In this document: positions 25,343 through 35,180 of the stretch, piece after piece
Position numbering within the stretch: the stretch's first letter is position 1
Layout: every line of letters begins with the position of its first letter
Origin: Desulfotignum sp.
GTDB lineage: Bacteria > Desulfobacterota > Desulfobacteria > Desulfobacterales > Desulfobacteraceae
Reading direction: 5' to 3'
DNA length: 64,000 bases
Assembly: GCA_011390635.1 (NCBI GenBank)
Contig: JAABSA010000001.1
Span: forward strand, 80,623 to 144,622
Program-made: the position numbers and the translations under genes
The notes under the pieces: model-generated
What the model saw: only the letters and a program-made list of their open reading frames with translations
Databases searched by the model: none
What the model was told of the DNA's origin: nothing

Positions 25343-26221
25343 ATGAACCAGACATTTTACGGTGCACTCTTTGCCCTGGCGGCATTTGCAGCCTGGGGTT
25401 TTTTGCCGGCCTACTGGAAACAGATGCAGGCTGCCCTGCCTTTTGAAATTTTATGCCACCGCATTGTCTGGTCCTGTGTCTTTTTGGCCGGCATCCTTTT
25501 TATTCAGAAACGACACAAAGAAGTACTGCATATTCTGCGGTCCCCTGCCACATTAAAGGGACTGGTATTGAGCAGCGCATTGATTGCCCTCAACTGGTTT
25601 GTCTATATCTGGGCTGTCAACTCCGGGCGGGTGGTAGAAACAAGCCTGGGTTATTATATCAATCCCATGATTAATGTGCTTTTGGGATATCTGCTGCTCA
25701 GTGAGACCTTTACGCGCCTGCAGTGCATTTCTCTGGGGTTTGCTCTGGCTGGTGTGATATATTCTCTGCTGGCCTATGGTGCGCTGCCCATATTCGGTCT
25801 GACCCTGGCTTTTACCTTTGCCTTTTACGGGTATTGCAGAAAACGAATACAGGTGGCACCCTTGCCGGGGCTGTTTGTTGAAACCCTGATTCTGATGGTT
25901 CCTGCCCTGGCACATATCGTGTTTTTGATGGTTACAAACAATTCTTTGTTTTTAAAAGACAGTGTTTTGAGCTTCTGGATGATTGGTGCAGGGGTGGTGA
26001 CTTCTCTGCCGCTGCTGTGGTTTGCTGCAGCGGCCAGACGGCTCAACCTGTCCACCATTGGCATTTTGCAGTATCTGGCCCCGTCAATCGCCTTTGTTCT
26101 GGGGGTGTTTGTATACCAAGAAGCCTTTTCCATCCACAATCTGATCACCTTTGCCTGCATCTGGATCGGTGTCATTCTGTATACTCTGGAATTTATAAAA
26201 CGCACCCATCCAAAACCATGA
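25343..26221 (+). CDS. rarD: RarD / EamA-family (DMT) transporter
   Basis: Ten hydrophobic segments. Typical RarD N-terminus GALFALAAFAAWGFLPAYWK, and LGYYINP. Confidence 0.8.
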   Translation: MNQTFYGALFALAAFAAWGFLPAYWKQMQAALPFEILCHRIVWSCVFLAGILFIQKRHKEVLHILRSPATLKGLVLSSALIALNWFVYIWAVNSGRVVETSLGYYINPMINVLLGYLLLSETFTRLQCISLGFALAGVIYSLLAYGALPIFGLTLAFTFAFYGYCRKRIQVAPLPGLFVETLILMVPALAHIVFLMVTNNSLFLKDSVLSFWMIGAGVVTSLPLLWFAAAARRLNLSTIGILQYLAPSIAFVLGVFVYQEAFSIHNLITFACIWIGVILYTLEFIKRTHPKP

Positions 26222-26292
26222 GAAACAGCAGAATGCCACTGGAATTTGGTCTTGCAAAAGCAGGCAAATTGCGATAAAAGGTCAAAGATTAT

Positions 26293-26380
26293 GCCTGGGT
26301 GGCGGAACTGGTAGACGCAAGGGACTTAAAATCCCTCGGCCAAATTGGCTGTACGAGTTCAATTCTCGTCCCAGGTACCA
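26293..26380 (+). tRNA. tRNA-Leu (anticodon UAA), CCA encoded
   Basis: Acceptor GCCTGGG/CCCAGGT, anticodon loop CTTAAAA, long variable arm (CGGCCAAATTGGCTG), T arm ACGAG-TTCAATT-CTCGT, 3' ACCA. Confidence 0.92.
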
Positions 26381-26392
26381 TCAAAAACAAAA

Positions 26393-26419
26393 GGGTTTTG
26401 GCCTTCCAAGGCCCTTTTT
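26393..26419 (+). terminator. Weak hairpin plus T5 tract after tRNA-Leu
   Basis: GGCC-TTCCAA-GGCC followed by CTTTTT. Confidence 0.35.
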
Positions 26420-26442
26420 CCATCTTGAATCCGGTATTTTCT

Positions 26443-27696
26443 ATGGACAAAATTCAAATTAACGGCGGAAGAAAACTTGCCGGAGAGGTTGACATTTCCG
26501 GGGCCAAAAACGCGGCACTGCCGCTCATTGCCGCAAGTATTCTGGTGGATGGAACCTGTGAGTTCAGTAATGTCCCCCATCTTGTGGATATTCACAGTAT
26601 CCGGCTTCTACTGGAGGATCTGGGGGCCCGGTGTACCTTTGATAACCATGTCATGACTGTGGATGGGTCTGGTATCCATAAAATTGAAGCAGAATATGAT
26701 CTGGTGCGCAAAATGCGGGCATCCATTCTCGTACTGGGACCACTGGTGGCCAGATTCGGCCATGCCAGGGTATCTTTGCCGGGCGGATGCGCTATTGGTG
26801 CCCGGCCCGTAAACATGCATCTGACGGGACTGGAGGCTTTGGGTGCAAACATCAATATTACCCACGGATACATAGAAGCCAGGGCACAAAAACTGGTAGG
26901 AAACGACATCTATTTTGACATTCCAACAGTAACCGGGACTGAAAACCTGATGATGGCCGCTGTTCTTGCCAAAGGAACGAGTGTTCTCAAAAATGCAGCA
27001 CGGGAACCTGAAATTGTCTGCCTGGCAGAAGCCCTGAACCGGATGGGGGCAAAAATATCCGGTGCAGGTACGGCCTTTATCACCATAGAGGGGGTGGACC
27101 GGCTGGGACCGGCAAGGGTCAAGGTGATTCCGGACCGCATTGAAACCGGCACCTTTATGGTGGCGGCCGCCGCCACCCGGGGGGATGTGTTGATCAAAGG
27201 ATGCAACCCTGAGCATTTAGGCGGTGTGATCAATAAACTCAGAGCGTGCGGTACGAAAATAGACATCAATGGAGATCAGATCCGGGTTACGGGTGTGGAA
27301 CATATCAAAAGCGTGGACATCAAGACCTTGCCATATCCTGGATTTCCCACTGATATGCAGGCCCAGTTCATGACCCTGATGTGTATTGCCGACAGCACCA
27401 GTGTGATCCATGAATCGATTTTTGAAAACCGGTTTATCCATGCCAATGAATTGCTGCGCATGGGAGCGGATATAACCCTTTTCAAGGCTAACATTGCCAT
27501 GGTCAAAGGGGTGCCGGAACTTCAGGCAGCACCGGTTATGGCTTCAGACCTTCGGGCCAGTGCCTCTTTGGTGATTGCCGGGCTTATCGCCAAAGGAACC
27601 ACACTGATTTCACGGGTCTATCACATGGACCGGGGGTATGAAACCATTGAAAAAAAATTCTGCGCCCTGGGAGCTGATATGGTGCGCATCAAATAG
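26443..27696 (+). CDS. murA: UDP-N-acetylglucosamine 1-carboxyvinyltransferase
   Basis: MDKIQINGGRKLAGEVDISGAKNAALPLIAASIL..GGCAIGARPVNMHL. Start trimmed to ATG 26443, because the track ORF starts inside the tRNA gene. Confidence 0.95.
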   Translation: MDKIQINGGRKLAGEVDISGAKNAALPLIAASILVDGTCEFSNVPHLVDIHSIRLLLEDLGARCTFDNHVMTVDGSGIHKIEAEYDLVRKMRASILVLGPLVARFGHARVSLPGGCAIGARPVNMHLTGLEALGANINITHGYIEARAQKLVGNDIYFDIPTVTGTENLMMAAVLAKGTSVLKNAAREPEIVCLAEALNRMGAKISGAGTAFITIEGVDRLGPARVKVIPDRIETGTFMVAAAATRGDVLIKGCNPEHLGGVINKLRACGTKIDINGDQIRVTGVEHIKSVDIKTLPYPGFPTDMQAQFMTLMCIADSTSVIHESIFENRFIHANELLRMGADITLFKANIAMVKGVPELQAAPVMASDLRASASLVIAGLIAKGTTLISRVYHMDRGYETIEKKFCALGADMVRIK

Positions 27697-27723
27697 ACGA
27701 AAACCCCATATTGGTGAGGACAT

Positions 27724-30177
27724 GTGAAACAAGGGTCCCATCCGCTGATTCCACCACTGGTTCCTGTGATCCTGTCAATGATTACCGGAATACTGGCAGG
27801 CAGTGTGTCCTCACCATCAGATCTGCCGTTGGCGGCCATTGGTTTTTGTATACTGGCGGCCCTGTTTTATCTCGGCGTTTCCGGAAAAAAAAACCTTGTG
27901 TTCTGCATCTGTCTTCTGGCCGGAATATGGACGGGTTATCACAGCTATCACCTTCACAACCCGCGTCACCCACCCGGTCATGTATCTCGATTCTACAACC
28001 AATCCGATATCATCATTGAAGGCAGAATTGTTTCTTTTTTACGGCAATACCCCGACAAAAGCAGAATGGTGCTGGCCTGCCGGGAAATCGCTGCAAAAGA
28101 TGCACACAATGCTCCCCGTGCTGTTCCTGCAAAAGGATCCATATACCTGAATGTGTATGGAAAAACCGACCATCCGTTACGGTATAATGACCTTATCCGG
28201 TTTTCCGGTACGATCAGGCCCATCCGGAATTTTGGCAATCCAGGGGCATTTGATTACAAAACGTTTCTGAAACGCAAAGGTATTTTCGGTGCTGTCCATG
28301 TGGGGGGATATAAAATTGACAAGGTTTTTGAGGAACAGCCCCCTGTCATTACTCCCCTGGTCCAGGCATTGGAAAAAACAAGAGATCAATTTTACCATTT
28401 TGCCATGCATCACCTGCATTATCAGCAGCCGGGCCATATCCTGGCCGCTCTGGTCACGGGTAAAAAAAATCAGATGCCCATTGATATACGAGATCTGTTC
28501 TCAAAAGCAGGCGTATCCCATTTGCTGGCTATTTCCGGCCTTCATATGGGCATTCTGTCCATGATTTTTTTCTTTCTTTTTTATGGCATACTTTCGCTAT
28601 TTCCCTCCTTGCTGATTTCGGCCAGGGCCAAAAAAACAGCCGGGATTCTAACGCTGGTCCCCTTGTGTCTGTATGCTATTTTCTGTGGATTTTCGCCTTC
28701 CACCCAGCGGGCCTTTATCATGATCAGCTTTTTTATGGTATCGTTTCTGGGTGAAAAACAAAGTCATCCAGTCAACACCCTGGCAGGGGCTGGTATTCTC
28801 ATCCTCCTGGCAGACCCGGCTTCCTTGTTTTCCATCTCGTTTCAACTGTCTTTCACAGCGGTCTTGTTTATCATCTTAGGCATCGGTATCGGTGCAAAAC
28901 ACAAGATACTGACCATACCCCGTGTTCCTGGATTTGTGATGTCTCTTTGTGCCGTGACCCTGCTGGCCGGACTTGGTACATTTCCGCTGATTGCCCGGTA
29001 TTTTCATCTGGTTTCAATGATTCAGATTCCAGCAAACCTGGTTTTGGTACCTGTGATAGGATTTGTCTGTCTGCCCCTGGCCCTGATGAGCCTTGTGGCC
29101 TGGCCATTAATCCCAGGCCTTGCAGGCGGACTTCTCACTATGGCTGCCTGGCTGGTTTCTGTGTGTCTGAAATATATTGCCTGGCTGACGGAACTGCCTT
29201 TTGCCTGGTCACACCTGCCGTTTTTACCCATGGCTGATGTGTTGATCATCTATGCGCTGATGGCGGGAATTTTCTGTGTTTTGTATTTCAAAAAGACAAA
29301 ATATGTGGTGGCTGTCTGCCTTGCCATTTTGACCATGGCCTGTCTGCATGGCATACGGATGATGTGTCCTGTCAGGCTGCCCGGACATATGGCCATTACG
29401 ATCCTGGATGTGGGCCAGGGCAATGCAGCCCTCATTCAGAGCATTGAAGGTAAAAATATCCTGGTGGATGGCGGCGGGTTTTCAGGTGGCAGTAGTTTCG
29501 ATATAGGCCGGTATGTGGTGGCACCTTTTTTGTGGCGGCAGCGTGTCATGACACTGGACAAGGTGATACTCACCCATCCGGATACAGATCATATGAACGG
29601 ACTGGTATTTATCCTTGAAAACTTCAGAGTGGGATCTTTGATGAAAAATAGTGATACCAGTCCCAATGAAGCCTTTGGCCGTATCATGGCGGCCTGCCGT
29701 GATAAAAATATTGCCGTTGTTGTTCCGGACTGTCAAAACAATACTTTTGTCTGGGACAGGACCAGGCTTTTGTTTTACCAGTGTGAATCTGTCCGCCCCG
29801 GACTGAACACCAATGACAATTCGCTGGTCTTCAAACTTACACTGGATGAATTTTCCATGTTTTTTCCAGCAGATATCATGGAAACCCGGGAATTGCTGCT
29901 GACCCAAACCCGGGGAAAAAACATGGCATCCCGGATTTTATTGGCGCCCCATCATGGCAGCAATGGTTCCTCTCAAAAATTTTTCCTTGATCAGATTCAA
30001 CCAGAAAGTGTTATAATATCCTGCGGATTTAATAACCCGTATAAATTTCCCCATCCGGAAGTTCTGGACAGGTACCGGCAGCAGGGCTGCAAGATATTTA
30101 GAACAGATGCCCATGGTGCCGTGACCATCACCTCTTCTGGAAAAGGATATACCATTGTTACACACAAAGGCGGTTAA
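27724..30177 (+). CDS. comEC: DNA internalisation-related competence protein ComEC/Rec2 (with metallo-beta-lactamase domain)
   Basis: Polytopic membrane core (SHLLAISGLHMG) and a C-terminal MBL domain (ITILDVGQGNAALI, HPDTDHMNGL). GTG start preceded by GGTGAGGA. Confidence 0.88.
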   Translation: MKQGSHPLIPPLVPVILSMITGILAGSVSSPSDLPLAAIGFCILAALFYLGVSGKKNLVFCICLLAGIWTGYHSYHLHNPRHPPGHVSRFYNQSDIIIEGRIVSFLRQYPDKSRMVLACREIAAKDAHNAPRAVPAKGSIYLNVYGKTDHPLRYNDLIRFSGTIRPIRNFGNPGAFDYKTFLKRKGIFGAVHVGGYKIDKVFEEQPPVITPLVQALEKTRDQFYHFAMHHLHYQQPGHILAALVTGKKNQMPIDIRDLFSKAGVSHLLAISGLHMGILSMIFFFLFYGILSLFPSLLISARAKKTAGILTLVPLCLYAIFCGFSPSTQRAFIMISFFMVSFLGEKQSHPVNTLAGAGILILLADPASLFSISFQLSFTAVLFIILGIGIGAKHKILTIPRVPGFVMSLCAVTLLAGLGTFPLIARYFHLVSMIQIPANLVLVPVIGFVCLPLALMSLVAWPLIPGLAGGLLTMAAWLVSVCLKYIAWLTELPFAWSHLPFLPMADVLIIYALMAGIFCVLYFKKTKYVVAVCLAILTMACLHGIRMMCPVRLPGHMAITILDVGQGNAALIQSIEGKNILVDGGGFSGGSSFDIGRYVVAPFLWRQRVMTLDKVILTHPDTDHMNGLVFILENFRVGSLMKNSDTSPNEAFGRIMAACRDKNIAVVVPDCQNNTFVWDRTRLLFYQCESVRPGLNTNDNSLVFKLTLDEFSMFFPADIMETRELLLTQTRGKNMASRILLAPHHGSNGSSQKFFLDQIQPESVIISCGFNNPYKFPHPEVLDRYRQQGCKIFRTDAHGAVTITSSGKGYTIVTHKGG

Positions 30178-30179
30178 CC

Positions 30180-31004
30180 GTGTATTACATTTATTTTCCC
30201 TATGTTCTGCTGTTGTCCGGACTGATTCTGGTGGACTGCTCTATGAAAAAAAATCCCAAATGGTGGGCTGCCATGGTTCTGGTGGCGCCCGTCACCACCC
30301 CGTATGTTATTTTTAAATCCAGAAAAACCAGGGGTATGATCCTGTTCATGGTGTTTTTGGCCAGTTTTTCAGGGGTTGCTGCCGCAGAATTTTATATCTG
30401 GACACAAGAAAAAGAAAAAAACAGATACGCCCATCTGCCGCCCATAACCAGTCAGGTTATACGGCTTTGTGACAATCTCAAGCAGATCACCCATGATCTG
30501 GATACCGGATTGATCCAGCTGGAACATATGTCCAAGGTGGAATCAAGTCTGGATAAATTACACCAGACCATTGCGTTCATAAAAACATTGCGCATTACCC
30601 TGGCCCGGAACCAGGATGCCATTGATCAGCTGGTCAAATTTACCACAGACTACAAAGGGTATTTTCTGAAAAAGGAGTTACACTGGATCTATCAGGTACG
30701 CCAGTATTATACCAACCGCCACGTAATCCGCCATTTTGAAAGCCTTCAAACATATCTGGATGATTTCAATGCCCTGCTCACCTATGCCTATAACAATTTT
30801 TCCCTTATAGCAGACCATAAAGATCCCACCCGTTTAAACAATTATGATGAATACTATCTGCGGTACAGGCGGGCAGTGGACCGGCACAATGCCTTCAATG
30901 TCCAGCGCATTGAGTTCCAGAATGAGTATGTGAAAAAGTATCCGGCCATCAAAGACTACCTGCCTGGTGAGCGTCAGACGGAAACTTTTCTGCTGTGGGA
31001 ATAG
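30180..31004 (+). CDS. Membrane protein with PLDc_N-like N-terminal two-TM module and an uncharacterised helical C-terminal domain
   Basis: LILVDCSMKKNPKWWAAMVLVAPVTTPYVIFKSRK resembles the PLDc_N (cardiolipin synthase N-terminal) motif. The remaining ~190 aa have no recognisable motif. Confidence 0.55.
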   Translation: MYYIYFPYVLLLSGLILVDCSMKKNPKWWAAMVLVAPVTTPYVIFKSRKTRGMILFMVFLASFSGVAAAEFYIWTQEKEKNRYAHLPPITSQVIRLCDNLKQITHDLDTGLIQLEHMSKVESSLDKLHQTIAFIKTLRITLARNQDAIDQLVKFTTDYKGYFLKKELHWIYQVRQYYTNRHVIRHFESLQTYLDDFNALLTYAYNNFSLIADHKDPTRLNNYDEYYLRYRRAVDRHNAFNVQRIEFQNEYVKKYPAIKDYLPGERQTETFLLWE

Positions 31005-34000
31005 CCCCTGCGTCTGTAATATTTGATAAAAGGTACAATCACCTTATTTTTATTACCGCCGGATACATCATAGGTAATACTGACGATGGGTATCCCGGTT
31101 CTGGCTTCCAGGGTAGCGGCCATGGCTTCTGTAACCAGGCCGGGACAGCAGAAGCCCGGATTGGTCTGGACCAGGAGGGCCAGATCCGGATGTTCCCGGA
31201 TAATATGGTGGATTTTTAAAATATTGTCCATGGATTCTCCGGTATGCTCCGGCTGAACACCATACTGTTCCAGAACATTTTCACAGGAGTCGGCAACCTG
31301 AAAATCCGATTCCTGCAACAGGGGTTCAAAATAGGGAAAATATTTTTTTTCCATGGTTTGCATGGCAACCAGCAGGGCTTTGTTAGAAATCAGGCTAAAG
31401 TACTTGCCCTCCTTGAACCATTTTTTAAAATAAGAATTGGCAATGATCTTGAGATATTTATAATAGGGTGTGGTGATCACTTCCCCGCCGTTGTCCTCAA
31501 TATAATGAATCAGATCCTGGTTCATGACATCATTGTCTCTGACATACAGGTCTCCGAAAATGGCCACTTTGGGCCGGGTGCCGCAAGGGTTTGTCCTGAT
31601 TTCACCAAACAGGGCAATGGCTTGTGCCAGTGCGTCTTCCTTTGATTCATTACAGGCGAATGCCCGGCTGAGAATGGCCAGTGCCCTGGACAATGTGTGG
31701 TCGGTTTCTCCTTTGTTTCTTTCATAGGGCCGGATCTTGCATCCGATGCTCCTGAGAAGCCCGCCGAACATATAGGCAAAATAGGCATTGGTGGAGGCCC
31801 GAAAAGAGATATCAAACAATGACAATTCCCCCAGATACACCCCTGATTTTTCAAACCCGTTTGCTTCCCGTAACAGTATCTGCTGGATATGATAGGGATA
31901 CATCCTGATATTGCAGGCGATGTCCGAGCGGTTGAGCCAGAGCACGGTTTCTGCCGGGTCCAGGTTGTGTTTTTTTACGGTGTGGATGAAGCCTGCTGCC
32001 ACGGCATTGAGGGGTATGCACTGGCCGGTGTTGGTGAGAAGGCATTTTTTAAGGGTTTCAGGCGTTTCTTCCATTAGAAATGCGTTGTAACCTTCACTGT
32101 GAAAAGTGGATACGATCAATTGGCCGGTCAAGACGTCCCAGTTGGGAAAAATAATGGTTTTTTGTGCCGGCCGGTCAAAATACCGGGGTGCAAAATCCAG
32201 GGGCAGGACAGGTGATTTTTCCGTTGCCTGATAATGGTTGTTAAAAGCCCTTACAGCGGCTTCGATACGGGTTTCATACCCCACACCGGAATCATGCTCA
32301 TCCAGTTCCAAAACCAGGTATGGCTTGTTGCATTTTTCCATGATCTGTTTGAAATAATCCACCCCGAATGCATCTGGTGAGCATTTAAACGAGGTGATAT
32401 ATACCGGGTACAACCCATCGGTCAACGCCGCTGCATAAGTTGTCTCCAGAATTTTTGCCGCATATTTCCAGTGAATTTCCGCCAGCAGGGGACGGATGGG
32501 GGCAAGGTCAATGTCTGATGTATCCAGCATATCCTGGAAAAAAGTTTTGACCCCCATTTTTTCAAACATCTGTGGGATATGGTGGTTCATGGTGTCAGGC
32601 AGAACAGTATAGGGACGTCCCAGCAGCATCACCTTGACCCCGGGTATTCCATGACCTTGTGCCTGGTAAATCCCGGACAGCTTTGCCCGGGTTTGTTTGC
32701 GCAGATCCATGGCGTTGTCCCAGGCGGCGCTGATATCAAAAAATGAAAACAAAAACTTTTGTGATATCTGCTTGAGAGCCCTGTACAGGGCCATTTTGGT
32801 GTGAAAACTGGTGTATAAATATTTAATGGTTGGCATGACCAGACGGTGTGCCTCACACCTGTCCAGGCAGGCAATCACCGACGGGCTGAACTGGGTGTAA
32901 TAGCAATGCTGGCGCCTGATCCGTTTCTGATCTGTTTTTTCTTCAAAATAAAACGGCAAAAACACATAATCTGTTTTTTCAAGCAGATGGGCCACATGGC
33001 CGTGCAATGCCATGACCGGTGCGCAGAACTCTGCCCTGGCAAGGGTTTTACCAAGGGAAACCGGTTGTTTCAGACTGCGGCTGACAATGGTTTTGATGCC
33101 CAGGTATGAAAAAAACACCTCCCAGAATTCCAGGTCTTCATACAGGTGCAAAGCCGCGGGAATTCCCATGGTAAACGGATGTTTTTCCGGGTGACAAACA
33201 AGGGGCGGTGTGTGATTTTTTCTCAGTTTTTTCAGGTCATAGGGATTTTTTCGGGGGACCATTTTCTGGGTATCATAATCTCTGCCGCATAAAAAGCCAT
33301 AAGCCCGGGGCTGGCCATCCACATAAGCAATGGTGAGTTTGCAGTGGTTGGTGCACAACTGACAGACTTCCTGGTGCACCGGTATCTTTTTTTTCCATAG
33401 ATCAAACCCCCGAAACTGTGTATCGGTGATCTGTTGTGCCCTGGCCAGAAGGGCAACGCCCAGGGCACCGGTCAAGTGACAGAACTGGGACACATGGATG
33501 GGTTTTTGCAGTTTCTGTTCAAAGGCTGCCACCAGTGCCCGGTTTCTGGCAGTTGCCCCCTGAAAGAGAATGCAGTTTCCAATCCTGCCCACAGTGGCCA
33601 CTTTGGTCAGATAATTGTCCCGCACCGAATGGAGAACAGACGCCAAAATATCATTTTTTGCATATCCTTCGGCAAAATAGTAATTGATGTCACGTTCCAT
33701 GAAGACCGTGCATCTGTCACTGGACACCGGGGCCTTAATCCCTTCTGCCCTGCCGGAATATTCTGAAAGGGGACAGGACAGTTTTAGCGCCTGTTCTTCA
33801 ATGAAACTGCCGGTACCGGCAGCACACACCGTATTCATAACCGATGCGGTCACCCTGCCGTTTTTTACCAGGGTGAATTTGGCATCCTGGCCACCGATTT
33901 CAATGATGGTGTCTACATCCTTGTTCAGATTCACCGCAGCCGTGGCATGGGCGGTTATTTCATCAGGTTCCAGATCCGCACCGATGATCCTGCCGCTGAT

Positions 34001-35179
34001 GCGGCGGCCCGAACCGGTTGTGCCGCAGCCTTTTACCGTCACACAAAGGTTTTCATGGGTGATAAATGCATCCATGGCTTTGCATATTTTCTGCACTGCC
34101 TGGACCGGACGGGACGCGGTTTTTGTATAGCAGCCCACAACAGGGACCCCGTCCTGGTTGATCAGAATGCTCTTGGTACTGGTGGAACCCACATCCAGCC
34201 CTAAAAAAGTTGCGGACAGATCCACCAGGGCAGGATCAGTATAGATTTCAATTTCAACCCCGTCTTGTACAAACTGCTTATAACAGGTAAAATCCGGGTA
34301 ATTGGACAGGGTTAAAGAGAGAGCCGGATACAGGTAGTTGGTTTTGTGGGAAGTGGTTGTAAAAAAAGCCCGGGGAGAATCAAAGATTTTCGGTATCATC
34401 TTTTTTTCCTGCAGCTGGTCCCAAAAGCACAAAGCTGCACCAAGGGCACCATACCCCCGGGAATAATCATCAATGGTCAGGTCAAGCCCCAAAATTGATT
34501 CCAGATATCGGGTCACTGAGCCGTTTCTGGCAACCCCCCCGCAGAAAATAATTTTTTTTGAAAAAGTCTGGCCTTTAAACAGGGTATTGACAATATTTTT
34601 GGCCAGGCCGTAACACAGTCCGTCACAGATCTGTTCAATCGTATATCCTTCCTGCTGGGCATGAATCAGATCGGTTTTGGCAAATACTGCGCACCGAGTG
34701 GCAATATCCGGCCGCCGGCCCCTGTTTTTCAATGCATTTTCACTGATCTGACAAGAGCCCTCCAGGTTCAGACGTCTGGCCTGCTGGTCCAGAAAGCTGC
34801 CGGTACCGGCGGCGCAGGAGGTGTTATGCCTGGCCCCGGTATAATTGCCGTTTTCATCAAACAGACTCAAGGAAAACTTTTCTCCCCCGACATGCAGGAT
34901 GGCTTCAAAAGAGTTGTCATAAAGGGCCTTTGCAGCGCGTATAATGACCACCTGATCATCGAACCGCTCATGGAAAAAAACAAAACCAGGGGTGGCATCT
35001 GTCACAGCCACGTATGTTACATGATCCACAGCCCCATGGGACAGCAGTGTTGATAAGCAGGATTTTATATCTCCATGGTGAAAAGCGGTGGCAGTATGGA
35101 CCACATTTTTATGGTCATCCAGGACAACCAGACTCACTGAAACAGATCCAACATCAATACCGGCAATTGCATATTTCAT
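30974..35179 (-). CDS. 1401-aa fusion: two BcrAD/BadFG-type (2-hydroxyacyl-CoA dehydratase activase-like) ATPase domains plus a C-terminal dehydratase/double-cubane-cluster-protein-like (DUF2229/YjiM-like) region
   Basis: Two actin-fold ATPase starts (IAGIDVGSVSVSLVV and FLGLDVGSTSTKSIL), each followed by C(A)AGTGSF motifs (SCAAGTGSFLDQQA, VCAAGTGSFIEEQA). The long C-terminal half is typical of CoA-substrate-specific enzyme activase fusions. Confidence 0.8.
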   Translation of the reverse strand: MKYAIAGIDVGSVSVSLVVLDDHKNVVHTATAFHHGDIKSCLSTLLSHGAVDHVTYVAVTDATPGFVFFHERFDDQVVIIRAAKALYDNSFEAILHVGGEKFSLSLFDENGNYTGARHNTSCAAGTGSFLDQQARRLNLEGSCQISENALKNRGRRPDIATRCAVFAKTDLIHAQQEGYTIEQICDGLCYGLAKNIVNTLFKGQTFSKKIIFCGGVARNGSVTRYLESILGLDLTIDDYSRGYGALGAALCFWDQLQEKKMIPKIFDSPRAFFTTTSHKTNYLYPALSLTLSNYPDFTCYKQFVQDGVEIEIYTDPALVDLSATFLGLDVGSTSTKSILINQDGVPVVGCYTKTASRPVQAVQKICKAMDAFITHENLCVTVKGCGTTGSGRRISGRIIGADLEPDEITAHATAAVNLNKDVDTIIEIGGQDAKFTLVKNGRVTASVMNTVCAAGTGSFIEEQALKLSCPLSEYSGRAEGIKAPVSSDRCTVFMERDINYYFAEGYAKNDILASVLHSVRDNYLTKVATVGRIGNCILFQGATARNRALVAAFEQKLQKPIHVSQFCHLTGALGVALLARAQQITDTQFRGFDLWKKKIPVHQEVCQLCTNHCKLTIAYVDGQPRAYGFLCGRDYDTQKMVPRKNPYDLKKLRKNHTPPLVCHPEKHPFTMGIPAALHLYEDLEFWEVFFSYLGIKTIVSRSLKQPVSLGKTLARAEFCAPVMALHGHVAHLLEKTDYVFLPFYFEEKTDQKRIRRQHCYYTQFSPSVIACLDRCEAHRLVMPTIKYLYTSFHTKMALYRALKQISQKFLFSFFDISAAWDNAMDLRKQTRAKLSGIYQAQGHGIPGVKVMLLGRPYTVLPDTMNHHIPQMFEKMGVKTFFQDMLDTSDIDLAPIRPLLAEIHWKYAAKILETTYAAALTDGLYPVYITSFKCSPDAFGVDYFKQIMEKCNKPYLVLELDEHDSGVGYETRIEAAVRAFNNHYQATEKSPVLPLDFAPRYFDRPAQKTIIFPNWDVLTGQLIVSTFHSEGYNAFLMEETPETLKKCLLTNTGQCIPLNAVAAGFIHTVKKHNLDPAETVLWLNRSDIACNIRMYPYHIQQILLREANGFEKSGVYLGELSLFDISFRASTNAYFAYMFGGLLRSIGCKIRPYERNKGETDHTLSRALAILSRAFACNESKEDALAQAIALFGEIRTNPCGTRPKVAIFGDLYVRDNDVMNQDLIHYIEDNGGEVITTPYYKYLKIIANSYFKKWFKEGKYFSLISNKALLVAMQTMEKKYFPYFEPLLQESDFQVADSCENVLEQYGVQPEHTGESMDNILKIHHIIREHPDLALLVQTNPGFCCPGLVTEAMAATLEARTGIPIVSITYDVSGGNKNKVIVPFIKYYRRRGYSHSRKVSV

Positions 35180-35180
35180 C

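Noticed and set aside
26299-26442. N-terminal 48-codon extension of the murA ORF given in the track.
   Set aside because: The extension begins inside tRNA-Leu and runs through its terminator. Canonical MurA starts at MDKIQINGG (ATG 26443).
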